DNA of 64,000 nt from NCBI GenBank assembly GCA_963824835.1, contig CAWGRA010000007.1, positions 70,464 through 134,463 of the forward strand, read 5' to 3'. The position numbers and the translations under genes were made by a program. Position 1 is the stretch's first letter. Every line of letters starts with the position of its first letter. Positions 49,702-59,407 of the stretch are shown piece after piece. The notes beneath the pieces are model-generated. The model was not told the DNA's origin. It ran no database searches and saw only the letters and a list, made by a program, of their open reading frames with translations. This DNA comes from Terriglobia bacterium. Lineage in GTDB: Bacteria; Acidobacteriota; Terriglobia; Terriglobales; Acidobacteriaceae.

Positions 49702-50728
49702 TGTGACATTTCAACAGGTTGTCCATTCGAGCAAAACCAGAGAAGCTGATTGTGTTGAGCAGTCAGTTTCATCCTGGAGGCCCGAATGGACATTCATAAG
49801 AATGCCCGACTTACCCTGATTCGTCGAGGGCAGTTGGTCGAGCAGGTCCTGTTTCATAAGCTATCGTTACAGGCCGCGGCCACTGTCTTCCAAGTTTGCC
49901 CTCGAACCGCAGCCAAGTGGACGCGCCGTTATCAACTCGAAGGAGCGCCTGGTTTACAGGATCGTTCCTCGCGTCCTCATCGCTCACCACGTCGCACCGG
50001 AGAAGCGCTGGCAGAGCGCGTGGAACAGCTGCGGCGACAGCGCTTCTCCGGCCTTCACATTGCCAAGCTCACCGGTCTGAGCCGGGCCACCGTCAGTCGC
50101 ATTCTCCGCCGCCTTGGCTTGAACCGCATGCGCGATCTGGAGCCGGCCATTCCCATCCAGCGTTATGAACATGCCGCTCCTGGCGATCTGCTCCACCTCG
50201 ATATCAAGCAGCTGGGCCGCTTTTCCGAAGTCAAGGTTCGTCCCGACGGCCGCCGTCGCGGCAAACATCATTGCCGCTGGGAGTACCTTCACGTCGCCAT
50301 CGATGACCATTCCCGCATCGCCTTTGCTCAGATCCTGCCCACCTTCACCGCCGCGGATGCGGTAGCCTTTCTCTTTGCTGCCGTGGATTACTACGCCACT
50401 CTCGGTATCCCCATTCGCCGCCTGCTTACCGATAACGGCCATTGTTATCGCTCCCATGCTTTCCGCGCCGCTGTCTTGCAGCTCGGATTGCGTCATCACT
50501 TCACTCGTCCTTACACTCCCCGCACCAACGGTAAGGCCGAACGACTCATCCAGACTGCTCTCCGCGAGTGGATCTACGCCTGCTCCTATCTCAACTCCCA
50601 GGAGCGTAATGCCCGGCTTTTTCCCTGGCTGCACCACTACAACTGGCATCGCCCTCATGGTAGTCTCAAAGGCGCTCCACCCATCAGCCGCGCTGGCCTT
50701 TATCAGGACAACCTCTTGAGACTCCACA
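49702..50728 (+). mobile_element. IS481-family insertion sequence, copy B, complete (1027 bp) with a 6-bp target duplication GCTAAC
   Basis: IRs: TGTGACATTTCAACAGGTTGTCC (left) versus the reverse complement of the right end, TGTGGAGTCTCAAGAGGTTGTCC. GCTAAC at 49696-49701 and 50729-50734. Confidence 0.9.
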
Positions 50729-50733
50729 GCTAA
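49786..50733 (+). CDS. IS481-family DDE transposase (intact, 315 aa)
   Basis: HTH N-terminus; LHLDIK (D), HVAIDDHSR (D), TDNG..., RPYTPRTNGKAER (E region). GGAGG RBS. Confidence 0.9.
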   Translation: MDIHKNARLTLIRRGQLVEQVLFHKLSLQAAATVFQVCPRTAAKWTRRYQLEGAPGLQDRSSRPHRSPRRTGEALAERVEQLRRQRFSGLHIAKLTGLSRATVSRILRRLGLNRMRDLEPAIPIQRYEHAAPGDLLHLDIKQLGRFSEVKVRPDGRRRGKHHCRWEYLHVAIDDHSRIAFAQILPTFTAADAVAFLFAAVDYYATLGIPIRRLLTDNGHCYRSHAFRAAVLQLGLRHHFTRPYTPRTNGKAERLIQTALREWIYACSYLNSQERNARLFPWLHHYNWHRPHGSLKGAPPISRAGLYQDNLLRLHS

Positions 50734-50840
50734 CTCATTTCGCGCCTACGGCGCTGGATGTTTCAATAACAGATACATTTCGGAAAACTTACAAGATTTA
50801 GCCTTGTGTCAAAATTGCTCGTCTTGCTCAACCATCTTTC

Positions 50841-50875
50841 GCTAGAAGCTACTAGCCAGAAGCTAGAAGCTTCAG
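50841..50875. repeat. Heptamer tandem array GCTAGAA x 5 (variants), containing the fadN-like stop codon
   Basis: gctagaa gctacta gccagaa gctagaa gcttcag. A related cctagaagct is at 18641-18650. Confidence 0.85.
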
Positions 50876-53373
50876 TTCCGCAACGGCTTCCCTGTCTTCA
50901 GCGTGAACTGGATCCTCTCCTGAGTTTTCTTTTCGCCGCAGAGAGACTTAAATCCTTCGCGCTCCAGATCCAGGATGTACTGTTCGCTCACCGGCGTTCC
51001 CGGCGAGACGTTTCCGCCGCAGATCACTTCCGCCACCTTGGTTGCGACCTTCACATCATGGTCACTGATGTACTCAGCCTGCCTCATTAGATGTATGCCG
51101 AGCTTTAAAGTCGCCAGCACGTTTTCACCCGGCGCGGCGATGTCCGTTCTCGGCACCGGCGCAATGTAGCCGGACTTGGCCAGTTCCAGCGCGCTTTCTT
51201 TGGCGTCAGTCAGGATGCGCTCGCGATTCATGCTGATGGTGTCGCCCGGGGAGAGGAAGCCCAGCGTGCGTGCCTCGTACGCCGAGGTTGAAACCTTCGC
51301 GGTGGCGATGGTCTCAAAGATGCGCTTCATGCCTTCCATCATCTCTACCGATTCGCCGCGACCATCAGGACGGATCGCCCTGGCATTATCCAGCGCGCGC
51401 AGCAGCATCTCTTTGCAGCCGCCACCGCCGGGCAGCAGGCCAACGCCAACTTCCACCAGCCCCATATAAAGCTCTGAATGAGGTTGCCGCGCCGCGGAAT
51501 GCAGATTGATTTCGCAGCCTCCGCCCAGGCACATGCCGAAGGAAGCTGTGACCACGGGGCGCGAACAGAATTTGATTGCCTGCGTCATGCCCTGGAACTG
51601 TTTGATGGCCAGATCAACTTCGTCCCACTCTTCTTCCTGGACGGCCAGCATCAGCATCATCAAATTTGCGCCGACGGAAAAGTTTGCCGAGTCGCCGCTG
51701 ATCACAAAGGCTTCAAACTGGTCGCCAATGCCGCCGGTCTTCAGTGACTGCGTGACCATGGAAACAATGTCGCCACCGAGGGCGTTCATCTTGGAGTGGA
51801 ATTCAATGCAGCCCACGCCATCGCCCAGGTCAATCAGCGACGCGCCGGCATTCTTCTTCACCACGCCATGGGATTTCTTGGCGACCGAGACAGACCATAC
51901 GCCTTCAGCCACCTGCACCGGCTGATATTTTCCGGTCCGCAGATCAAAGTATGCGCGTCCAGACGGCGCTTTGGGATCGTCGATATACCAGCTCTTCGCG
52001 CCCGCAGCCAGCAGCTTCTCCACATTGGGCGAAACCGGCTTGCCTTCACTCTTCATCCTGGCGACAGTGGCTTCCACGCCAGCCAGGTCCCAAACTTCAA
52101 ACGGACCGATTTCCCAGTTGAACCCCATGCGCATGGCGGCGTCGATCTCAACCACGGTGTCAGCGATTTCAGGAATCCGGTTCGCCGAGTAGGTCCACAT
52201 CTCTGAGATGGTGGTCCAGATAAACTGCACGGCTTTGTCTTTGGGATTGCCGGCAAGGATGGTGCGCAGCTTTTCGCCCATGTCCTCAATGGGTTTGGCC
52301 ATCTCCAGCACCGGGAATTTGGGCTTCTGCGCCGGGCGATATTCCAGCGTCTTCCAGTCAATGCACCTGGCGCTCTTCGCCCTGCGGGCCTTTCACCTTC
52401 TTATAGAAGCCGGCTTTGGTTTTGTCGCCCAGCAGCTTGCGCTCGATCATCTTCTCGAAGAAGCCGGGCAGCTTCAGGTCAGAGCGCTCGTCCTGCACGT
52501 TCTTGCTGAAGTTCTTGACCACGCTGCCAAGCACGTCAAGCCCAACCAGATCAATGGTCCGGAACGTCGGGTTTTTGGTCCAGCCACCGCTGGAGGTGAG
52601 CGCGTCAACCTCTTCAATGCTCAGATCCATTTCCTGCATTACGCGGAAGACGTTCAGTCCGGCATAGGTGCCAATGCGATTGGCGATGAAGTTGGGCGTA
52701 TCTTTGGCGGTGACAATTCCCTTGCCCATGCGCACGTCGCCGAAATGTGAAACAGCGGCAATGGCGGCGGGATCGGCTTCCGGCGTGGGGATAATCTCCA
52801 GCAGGCGCATGTAGCGCGGCGGATTGAAGAAGTGCGTGCCGAACCAGTGCCTGCGGAAGTCGTCACTGAAGCCTTCGGCGATGCTGGCCACCGGCAGTCC
52901 GCTGGTGTTGGTGGTGACAATGCTGCCGGGCTTGCGGACGGCTTCCACCTTCTTCAGCAGCGACCGTTTGATCTCCAGGTTCTCGGCGACGGCTTCAATG
53001 ATCCAGTCGGCATCGGCCAGCAACTTCATGTCGTCATCAAAGTTGCCGGTCTTCACCAGCCGATCCAGCCCTTTTTCAAAGAACGCGGCCGGCTTGGACT
53101 TGATGGCCGCTTCAAATCCCGCGTTCGACGATCTTGTTGCGGGCGGCTTTGTCTGTGCTCTGGGCGGCGTCGGGAGGAACAATATCCAGCAGAACGCAGG
53201 GTATGCCGGCATTGGCAAAATGAGCGGCAATGCGCGCGCCCATGGTGCCGGCGCCCAGCACGGCCACTTTGTTGATGCGCGTGCTGCGGACCTTTGCCGG
53301 CAAGACCATTGGCCTGCGCTGGGGATTTCACTGAATTAGCCTGGATTGGATCAGAAACTGCGGAATGACTCAT
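50872..53373 (-). CDS. Bifunctional 3-hydroxyacyl-CoA dehydrogenase / enoyl-CoA hydratase (FadN-type order), at least 2-3 frame corrections; start uncertain
   Basis: INKVAVLGAGTMGARIAAHFANAG (Rossmann). TNTSGL, HFFNPPRYMRLLE. C-terminal crotonase part FVISGDSANFSVGANL...GGGCEINLH. Confidence 0.85.
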
Positions 53374-53599
53374 GAGAGCGACTCCTGAAATTGGTGTGGC
53401 AAGGAGAGAAGATGATTGCCTGGTCGAAGACGTAGAGAATGATAACAGCTTTCAGCACACAGTCCGGTGATGCTCATCAGCGATGGCAATTAGACGCTCC
53501 CGGGAAATAATTGCAGATGAAAACAATGGCGGGATGCGTGTTCTGCCTGACAGTTAGAAGAACCGTCGCGAGCACACATATCCGCCAACGCAATAGTAA

Positions 53600-53617
53600 T
53601 GAATGAACGTTCATTCA
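53600..53617. promoter_or_regulatory. Perfect 18-bp palindrome TGAATGAACGTTCATTCA, candidate TetR-type fatty-acid-regulator operator
   Basis: Read directly. Lies about 230-300 nt upstream of the beta-oxidation operon start, in a 310-nt intergenic region. Confidence 0.45.
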
Positions 53618-53685
53618 GTCAAGTTACACTCAGCTCCGAAGGCTGGATGCCCCTCCCCATAGCTCGGGTTTTTAACTGGTCAATT

Positions 53686-54165
53686 TCAGGTCTTAACTAA
53701 AGACCCTTGTGCGTCGTTCACATAGTCCAGCGCTTTCCTGGCCACTTGCTTTTCTCCGCTATAGCTCAGGCTCGCGGCCACTTCATCCAGCGGCATCCAC
53801 CAGGCCCGCCGGACTTCATGCTGCATGTTCGGCTTGATGTCACCAATGCGGCCGGACTGGTACTTCATGAGGAAAAAGCTCACGATCTTGAAGATCTTGG
53901 CGTTATCTGACCATTTTCGCGAATAGACATATTTGATGTCGGCGATTTTGGTCACCGGCTCAACCGTGAGTCCGGTCTCTTCCAAAACTTCGCGAATGGC
54001 TGCTTCCTGCGGCTGTTCGCCGGGATCGATGTTTCCTTTGGGCAGCGCAATCGTATTCTTGCGGTCCTCTGGCTCGCCATCGCGGCCCGGCTCAATCACG
54101 GCCGCCCACCAGCGGTCCTGCATATGCCGAAGCACCAGTGCTCCGGCTGAAAACTCACGCAACAT
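53686..54165 (-). CDS. NUDIX hydrolase
   Basis: Nudix box: LPKGNIDPGEQPQEAAIREVLEETGL. Confidence 0.85.
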   Translation of the reverse strand: MLREFSAGALVLRHMQDRWWAAVIEPGRDGEPEDRKNTIALPKGNIDPGEQPQEAAIREVLEETGLTVEPVTKIADIKYVYSRKWSDNAKIFKIVSFFLMKYQSGRIGDIKPNMQHEVRRAWWMPLDEVAASLSYSGEKQVARKALDYVNDAQGSLVKT

Positions 54166-54477
54166 ACACTGCCCTCCTCTGCTTCACCAAGCAGGCTTTG
54201 CGGGATGTAAATCCCATACGCCAATTTGAGCACGCCAGCGGGCAGGCTGGTCTTGGCATGGCTTCCCCACGGGTCATCAAGCCATTTTGGGTGATTGATG
54301 TCATGGATTTAGCGGAGTTACCAAGGTCACTGGCTGATAACGTGGTTTGGGCGAAATATATAAAGGAACTAAAGCCGCTCTGCATCGTTTAATTTACTTG
54401 CCCGCATCTTACATCTATGCAGCATCTCAGGTTGTAAGCGGGCCGCAGGGATCGCATTTCATGGTAGCAGGTCGGGA

Positions 54478-55545
54478 GTGCCGGTGAAGAATCCGCTGAA
54501 CAAGATTGTCCGCTCGGTCCAGGCATTTGGCCGCGAACTGAAACGCCAGACGGTTGTTGAAACCTCCGCACCTCAGCCGCACATGCCGCGCATCGGCCTG
54601 GCTCTGGGCGGCGGCTTTGCCCGCGGTCTGGCCCACGTGGGCATTCTCAAGGTCCTGGAGGAAGAACAAATCCCGGTGGACCTCATCGCCGGCACCAGCG
54701 TCGGCTCGGTGATTGCCGCCGCTTACGCCAGCGGCATGTCTCCTAAAGAACTGGAGGAGGTGGCGGCACTGGTCCGCTTCAAGGATTTTTCCCGTTGGAC
54801 ATTTTCCCGCTTCGGCCTCTTCAGTAATGACAAGATGTCGATCTTCCTGCGGAAGATGCTGCGAGCCAAGACCTTTGAACAGTTGCGGATCCCGCTGGCC
54901 ATCGCCGCCACAGACATCATCACCGGCGAAGCCGCCGTGTTCACCAGCGGCGATCTCATTGATCCCGTGCGCGCCAGTTGCGCCTATCCCGGAATGTTTC
55001 AGCCGGTACAGATTGGCGAGCGCCTGCTGGTGGACGGCCTGTTAGCTCACGCCGTGCCGGCCATGCCCTTGCGTGAGATGGGCGCGGAGCGCGTGATCTC
55101 CGTTCATTTGGCTGCGCACTGGGTAAAGCCCCGCGGACCACGCCATGTGTTTGACGTGATTGGCCAGTGTTTTTCCATTGCTCAGGACCGGATGTGCGGA
55201 CCATGGCGCGCCGCCTCTGACCTGGTGCTTGAACCCGAGATCGGGGAATTCGGCTATGACGATTTCGTCCGCGCACCCGAATTGATCAAAGCAGGAGAAC
55301 TTGCTGCCCGCGCCGCCCTGCCGCAGATTCGTACATGGCTGCCATCCACGGTGACCCAGTCGCAAGCCACGCCGGCCAACACCAGCACTGGCCAGACACC
55401 AGCACTACCGGTTACACGCGAAACCAGTGACCGCGAAGTAGTTTTTACAGTAGCGAAAAATGCAGCCGTGCCAGCCGCTCACCCTCTGGCGCAATCACTT
55501 CCAGAACAAAGCGCTCTGTGGGTGGCTCATTGCCGGGAAGATTGA
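54478..55545 (+). CDS. Patatin-like phospholipase (3' end uncertain; overlaps the convergent ORF by about 100 nt)
   Basis: GLALGGGFARGLAHVGILKVLEE (oxyanion GGGxxRG), GTSVGS (GxSxG), LVDGLL (Asp of the dyad). Confidence 0.8.
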   Translation: MPVKNPLNKIVRSVQAFGRELKRQTVVETSAPQPHMPRIGLALGGGFARGLAHVGILKVLEEEQIPVDLIAGTSVGSVIAAAYASGMSPKELEEVAALVRFKDFSRWTFSRFGLFSNDKMSIFLRKMLRAKTFEQLRIPLAIAATDIITGEAAVFTSGDLIDPVRASCAYPGMFQPVQIGERLLVDGLLAHAVPAMPLREMGAERVISVHLAAHWVKPRGPRHVFDVIGQCFSIAQDRMCGPWRAASDLVLEPEIGEFGYDDFVRAPELIKAGELAARAALPQIRTWLPSTVTQSQATPANTSTGQTPALPVTRETSDREVVFTVAKNAAVPAAHPLAQSLPEQSALWVAHCRED

Positions 55546-56047
55546 AATTGACGCGATAAACCCGCTCATCATAGGGGACGTCTGCCGGAACTCCGATCAT
55601 GCTTGTGGATTCGGGATCAATCACCCGCATTTGCAGCCCGTCATAGGCTTTCAGCCTGAACTTGAGACTTGTCAGCATCTGTGACGGATCTTCTTCCGTC
55701 TTCAGAGTAGTGCCGGGCTCTTCCAGCAGAGTCTTACGCAATGTCGCGGTGACACGAAAGCTGAAATGCCTTGGAAAACTCTCCAGCGGCTCGCCATCCG
55801 CAAGCACCACCCTGGCCCGCAAACCTTGGTCCACTTGCTGGGCTCCGGCAATCTCCGGACACTCCACCAAACCCAGCAGCGTGAGAACGGCGCCGGATGG
55901 TTTGAGCTGGACAATCTCATGCCTGCCGGAGTAGCGGCACGATATCGGACCTGACGCCGGCTGAGCGCCCACCAGCGCCGCAGCGGCAAGACCAACAATG
56001 GCAGCCGATCTCAAAGTTCCATGAAAAACCACGCGTGCGCCGTGCAT
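55445..56047 (-). CDS. Hypothetical secreted protein
   Basis: Signal-like MHGARVVFHGTLRSAAIVGLAAAALVGAQPASG. No family recognised. Confidence 0.4.
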   Translation of the reverse strand: MHGARVVFHGTLRSAAIVGLAAAALVGAQPASGPISCRYSGRHEIVQLKPSGAVLTLLGLVECPEIAGAQQVDQGLRARVVLADGEPLESFPRHFSFRVTATLRKTLLEEPGTTLKTEEDPSQMLTSLKFRLKAYDGLQMRVIDPESTSMIGVPADVPYDERVYRVNFNLPGNEPPTERFVLEVIAPEGERLARLHFSLL

Positions 56048-56160
56048 CTGTTGCTCCCTCGGGCTGCCTTGTTTCAAGCGATGGTAGATTTGCGCGTGCA
56101 GCCATGGCATCTGTACTTTAGTGGATGCCAACAGTTGAGAAAGGTGAAGCAAGAAAGAAG

Positions 56161-56908
56161 ATGCCTCGTTTGCTTTGTATTACCGCACACCCTGACGATG
56201 AAGCCGGCGGTTTCGGCGGATCTCTCCTCCACTACGCCGAAAAAGGGGTGGAAACCTACGTAATCTGCCTGACGCCGGGCCAGGCAGCTACCCATCGCGG
56301 CGGGGCCAAATCTGATGAGGAACTTTCCGCCATCCGCCGCCAGGAATTCGCTGCTGCCTGCAAACTACTCAAAGTAAAGCAGGGCGCGGTGCTCGACTAC
56401 CCTGACGGCAAACTCGACCAGCAAAATCTGTTTGCCGTGGTGGCAGACCTGACCCGCCGAGTACGTGAAATTCGTCCTGACGTCATGATGACCATGGGAC
56501 CAGAAGGCGCCATCACGGCCCATCCTGACCACTCCATGGTGTCGGTATTCGGTACGCTGGCGGTACATTGGGCCAGCCGCAGCCAACCGTTTTGCCGACC
56601 AGTTAAAAAACGGCCTTTCACCTCACCAGACACAAAAGATTTATTACGCTACGGCGGGCTTCACAATGCCGGAACGCCAGCCTGTGTCCCTGCCGCCTGC
56701 AAGCTTGATACTCAATCTGACGCTGAACGAAATCGAAGCCAAAGTGGCTGCGTTTGAATGCCACAAATCACAGGCTCCGCTGTTTCCTTTTTTCGAAGAA
56801 ACAATCCGCAGGCGTGGAAAGACCGAACAGTTCCAACTGGCGGCCACCGCAATGCCGCGGAAAATGAAAATTGAGACTGATATGTTTGAGGGGATCGGGG
56901 ATTTGTGA
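56161..56908 (+). CDS. PIG-L/LmbE family deacetylase (about 1-2 frame corrections near 56580-56640)
   Basis: LLCITAHPDDEAGGFGGSL, GAITAHPDH, ECHKSQ. Confidence 0.75.
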
Positions 56909-56948
56909 TTTGTGATTTGTGATTTGCGAGTTGTGATTTGTGATTGTG
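56897..56948. repeat. Heptamer tandem array TGTGATT x ~7, starting in the last codons of the PIG-L gene
   Basis: ggggatt tgtgatt tgtgatt tgtgatt tgcgagt tgtgatt tgtgatt gtg. Confidence 0.9.
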
Positions 56949-56954
56949 CTATCT

Positions 56955-57030
56955 GGTAGTTGGTAATTGGTAGTTGGTAGATACCAAATGATCAAACAAA
57001 CCGAGAACCAAAAACCAACTACCAACTACC
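56955..57030. repeat. Opposed heptamer arrays GGTAGTT x 3.5 (56955-56980) and CCAACTA x 3 (57008-57030), forming a slippable hairpin between convergent genes
   Basis: ggtagttggtag (56969-56980) is the exact complement of ctaccaactacc (57019-57030). About 16 bp can pair with one mismatch. Confidence 0.85.
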
Positions 57031-57074
57031 GCTATTTCGCCAACGGCTTGATAATTTCGCCCAGCACATCCGGC

Positions 57075-58955
57075 TTAGCTGTCATCGCGCACCAGGTGGG
57101 CAAATTTTTCGCCATCGTGATAGGGCACGCTGAAGGTTTTATAGAAATCGCCATTCAGCGTCATTAATTCCAGGTTCGCTCCAGACTGTTTTCCTGCCTT
57201 AAGCGCATCATGCAGAATTTCCGGAGTGTACTTGCGTCCATTGACGGCAGCCAGTATTGATCCCGGCGCTATGCCCGCCTTCCACGCCGGGCTTCCGGCG
57301 ATCACATCGTGAATTCCGCCTTTATCATCCAGGGAGAGGCCAACCGAGAAACGCGCATCCACAAAATTGCGTTCTTTCTCCATGGCTTTGCTGAACTCGC
57401 TGGGCTGATCGTCATAAACCAGCTTCCAGCCACCGTTGGTAATACCACCCAGCGGCGCGCCCGGTCCGTAGGTATCCAAACGATCACGCAGGAATTTGGC
57501 CCAGTCATAAGGCGCCACCTGTTTCAATCCGGCGACGATATCGTCAAATGTGTATGTGACGACCTCTGGGCGGCGTGTTCTTGCCTCCGTGAAATATCCG
57601 GCAGAAGTCATTGAGTGACTTCGCTCCATTGGTCTGCTGGCGAATTACGGTATCAGCTTCCAGCCAGATCAGGAATCCTTCGGGATAGTAATCAACGCTA
57701 CGACGCCAGCTTTCAAATTCCTGCGCAGCGCCATAGAGAATCTGCGCTGCATCAGCGGTGTCCTGAAGCGGACGCCAGCTGCGACCCGGCGTGTGGTCCA
57801 GCAGCCGCCGCGGTTTCCGCGGCCTCGTCCAGAAACTCCTGCTTCGTCCAGAGCCCTGAGCGCGCCGTCAATATCTCTCCCAGATATTGGGTGAGACCTT
57901 CATAGACCCAGAGCAGATCGCCCTTCATGGGCTCCTGGTAATTAGGGGTGGCAAGGCCTGCCGGACGGCGATATTTTCCGTTCCATGAATGCGTCATCTC
58001 ATGCGGCAACAAGCCCGCAGCCAGCATGCGCGGGGGATCTTCAATCAGCGTACGTTCGCCAACCCGATCATCACTTGACTGATGATGCTCCAGTCCAAAA
58101 TGGGCAGTGTGGTCACTCAACGTGAGCAGGAAGTGATACTCGTTGTAATGCCGCGCGCCGAACAGTGCGCCGGTTTCATTGACCAGACGCTTGTAGCCTT
58201 CCACAGTCAGCGGGCGGGATCTGCAAGGCAGCATCACCATCGGAAGCCATATCGAGGTAATGCTGAATGGGCCCTTGCGGCGATAGCGGAATGCGGCGGA
58301 AATGCGCGCTGGCCAGTACCGGCGAATCCACCAGCGTAGTGAGCGAAACAGTCTTGAAGCTGGTCTGACCGTCAGATTCACCTTCGACCGGCAGCGCCGT
58401 TCCATAATGCCATCCCGATGGCAACTTCATGGAAGCCTGCACCTGTACATCATCACTCTTTGTATTTTGCAGATACAGCAAGACCTGGTTCCAACTCAGC
58501 ACCAGCAACTGCGTGGTGGCTGAAGCGCCCGAAGAAAAGCCTTCGGGGGGAGCCGGCATCACCAGGTCCAGCTTCACGTCCAGCGTGCTGGTTCCCTGGG
58601 GCACATTGAGATGGAAAGCGTACATTTCCACGAGATCGCGACGCCACGTAAGCCGCTGGTTACCGGCAAAAAACTCCAACCCGGTCAGGTCCACAATCGG
58701 CCCGGTGGGACCATGCTCGCCCGGAATCCATTTCGGAAACACGACCGTAATTGCGCCGGGGGTCACCGGAATCTGTTCCTGCGCATGCAGAATTTTTTCG
58801 CCCGCATGGGTGGCGTCAACCACCAGCTTGATGGGCTGGCTGGAAACTGCCGTGGACGGAGAGGCCGGTGCGGCTGCTTTTTTCTTTTGTGCAACTCCGG
58901 CCAACGAAACGATCAGGCAGGCTACGATGACACTGGATGTGCGAATAAGGTTCAT
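57075..58955 (-). CDS. M61 family (glycyl aminopeptidase-like) metallopeptidase with a C-terminal PDZ domain (at least 3 frame corrections)
   Basis: Signal MNLIRTSSVIVACLIVSLAGVAQ. LLPHEMTHSWNGKYRRP (HExxH). PDZ part GIHDVIAGSPAWKAGIAPGSILAAVNG. Confidence 0.8.
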
Positions 58956-59033
58956 AGTGTGGATTGTGCTCCGAAATAAATGCAGACAGCTTAATGACAC
59001 TCCCGCCATATGCGCAAGTGACGCGCCCCAGAA

Positions 59034-59282
59034 CTACTTCTTCTTTTTGCTCTTGGCGGGCTTTTCCGGCTGGCTCCCAGTAACGCTCGCTAACAAGGTG
59101 TCAAAAGCGTCTTTAGCAGTCATTTCTTTCTTACGACTTTTGTTGCCGCGATACTTGTGCTCGCTGTTACAGGTGCGGCAACGCGTCCGCAACACCTCTT
59201 CCCCGACAAGCGAGACTATCGCGTGGTCAGTGGTGCGTTTGCAACTGGAGCAGTGATCGTCAATGTCATCACCTAGTCTCAT
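59034..59282 (-). CDS. Small zinc-ribbon protein with a Lys-rich tail
   Basis: CSSCKRTTDH...(17 aa)...CRTCNSEHKY; C-terminus PEKPAKSKKKK. Confidence 0.45.
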   Translation of the reverse strand: MRLGDDIDDHCSSCKRTTDHAIVSLVGEEVLRTRCRTCNSEHKYRGNKSRKKEMTAKDAFDTLLASVTGSQPEKPAKSKKKK

Positions 59283-59407
59283 AGGGACCTCCGCCACAAA
59301 TGGTAAGGCAAACGCCAGGCGGCTGGAAAACAGAATTAGCGGCCGCGAAATGGCAAAAGCTCGCGCCCGGGAACCATCCTGGGCCGTGTTGTGGTTAAAT
59401 CTCTAGC

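Noticed and set aside
144-50728. The 48.8-kb segment between the two IS481 copies as a composite transposon or genomic island
   Set aside because: The segment is full of core housekeeping genes (pheST, ilvE, ndh, recX, rluD). One IS copy is truncated at its outer-facing end, and no flanking duplication of the whole unit can be seen. I kept only the weaker inversion-substrate idea.
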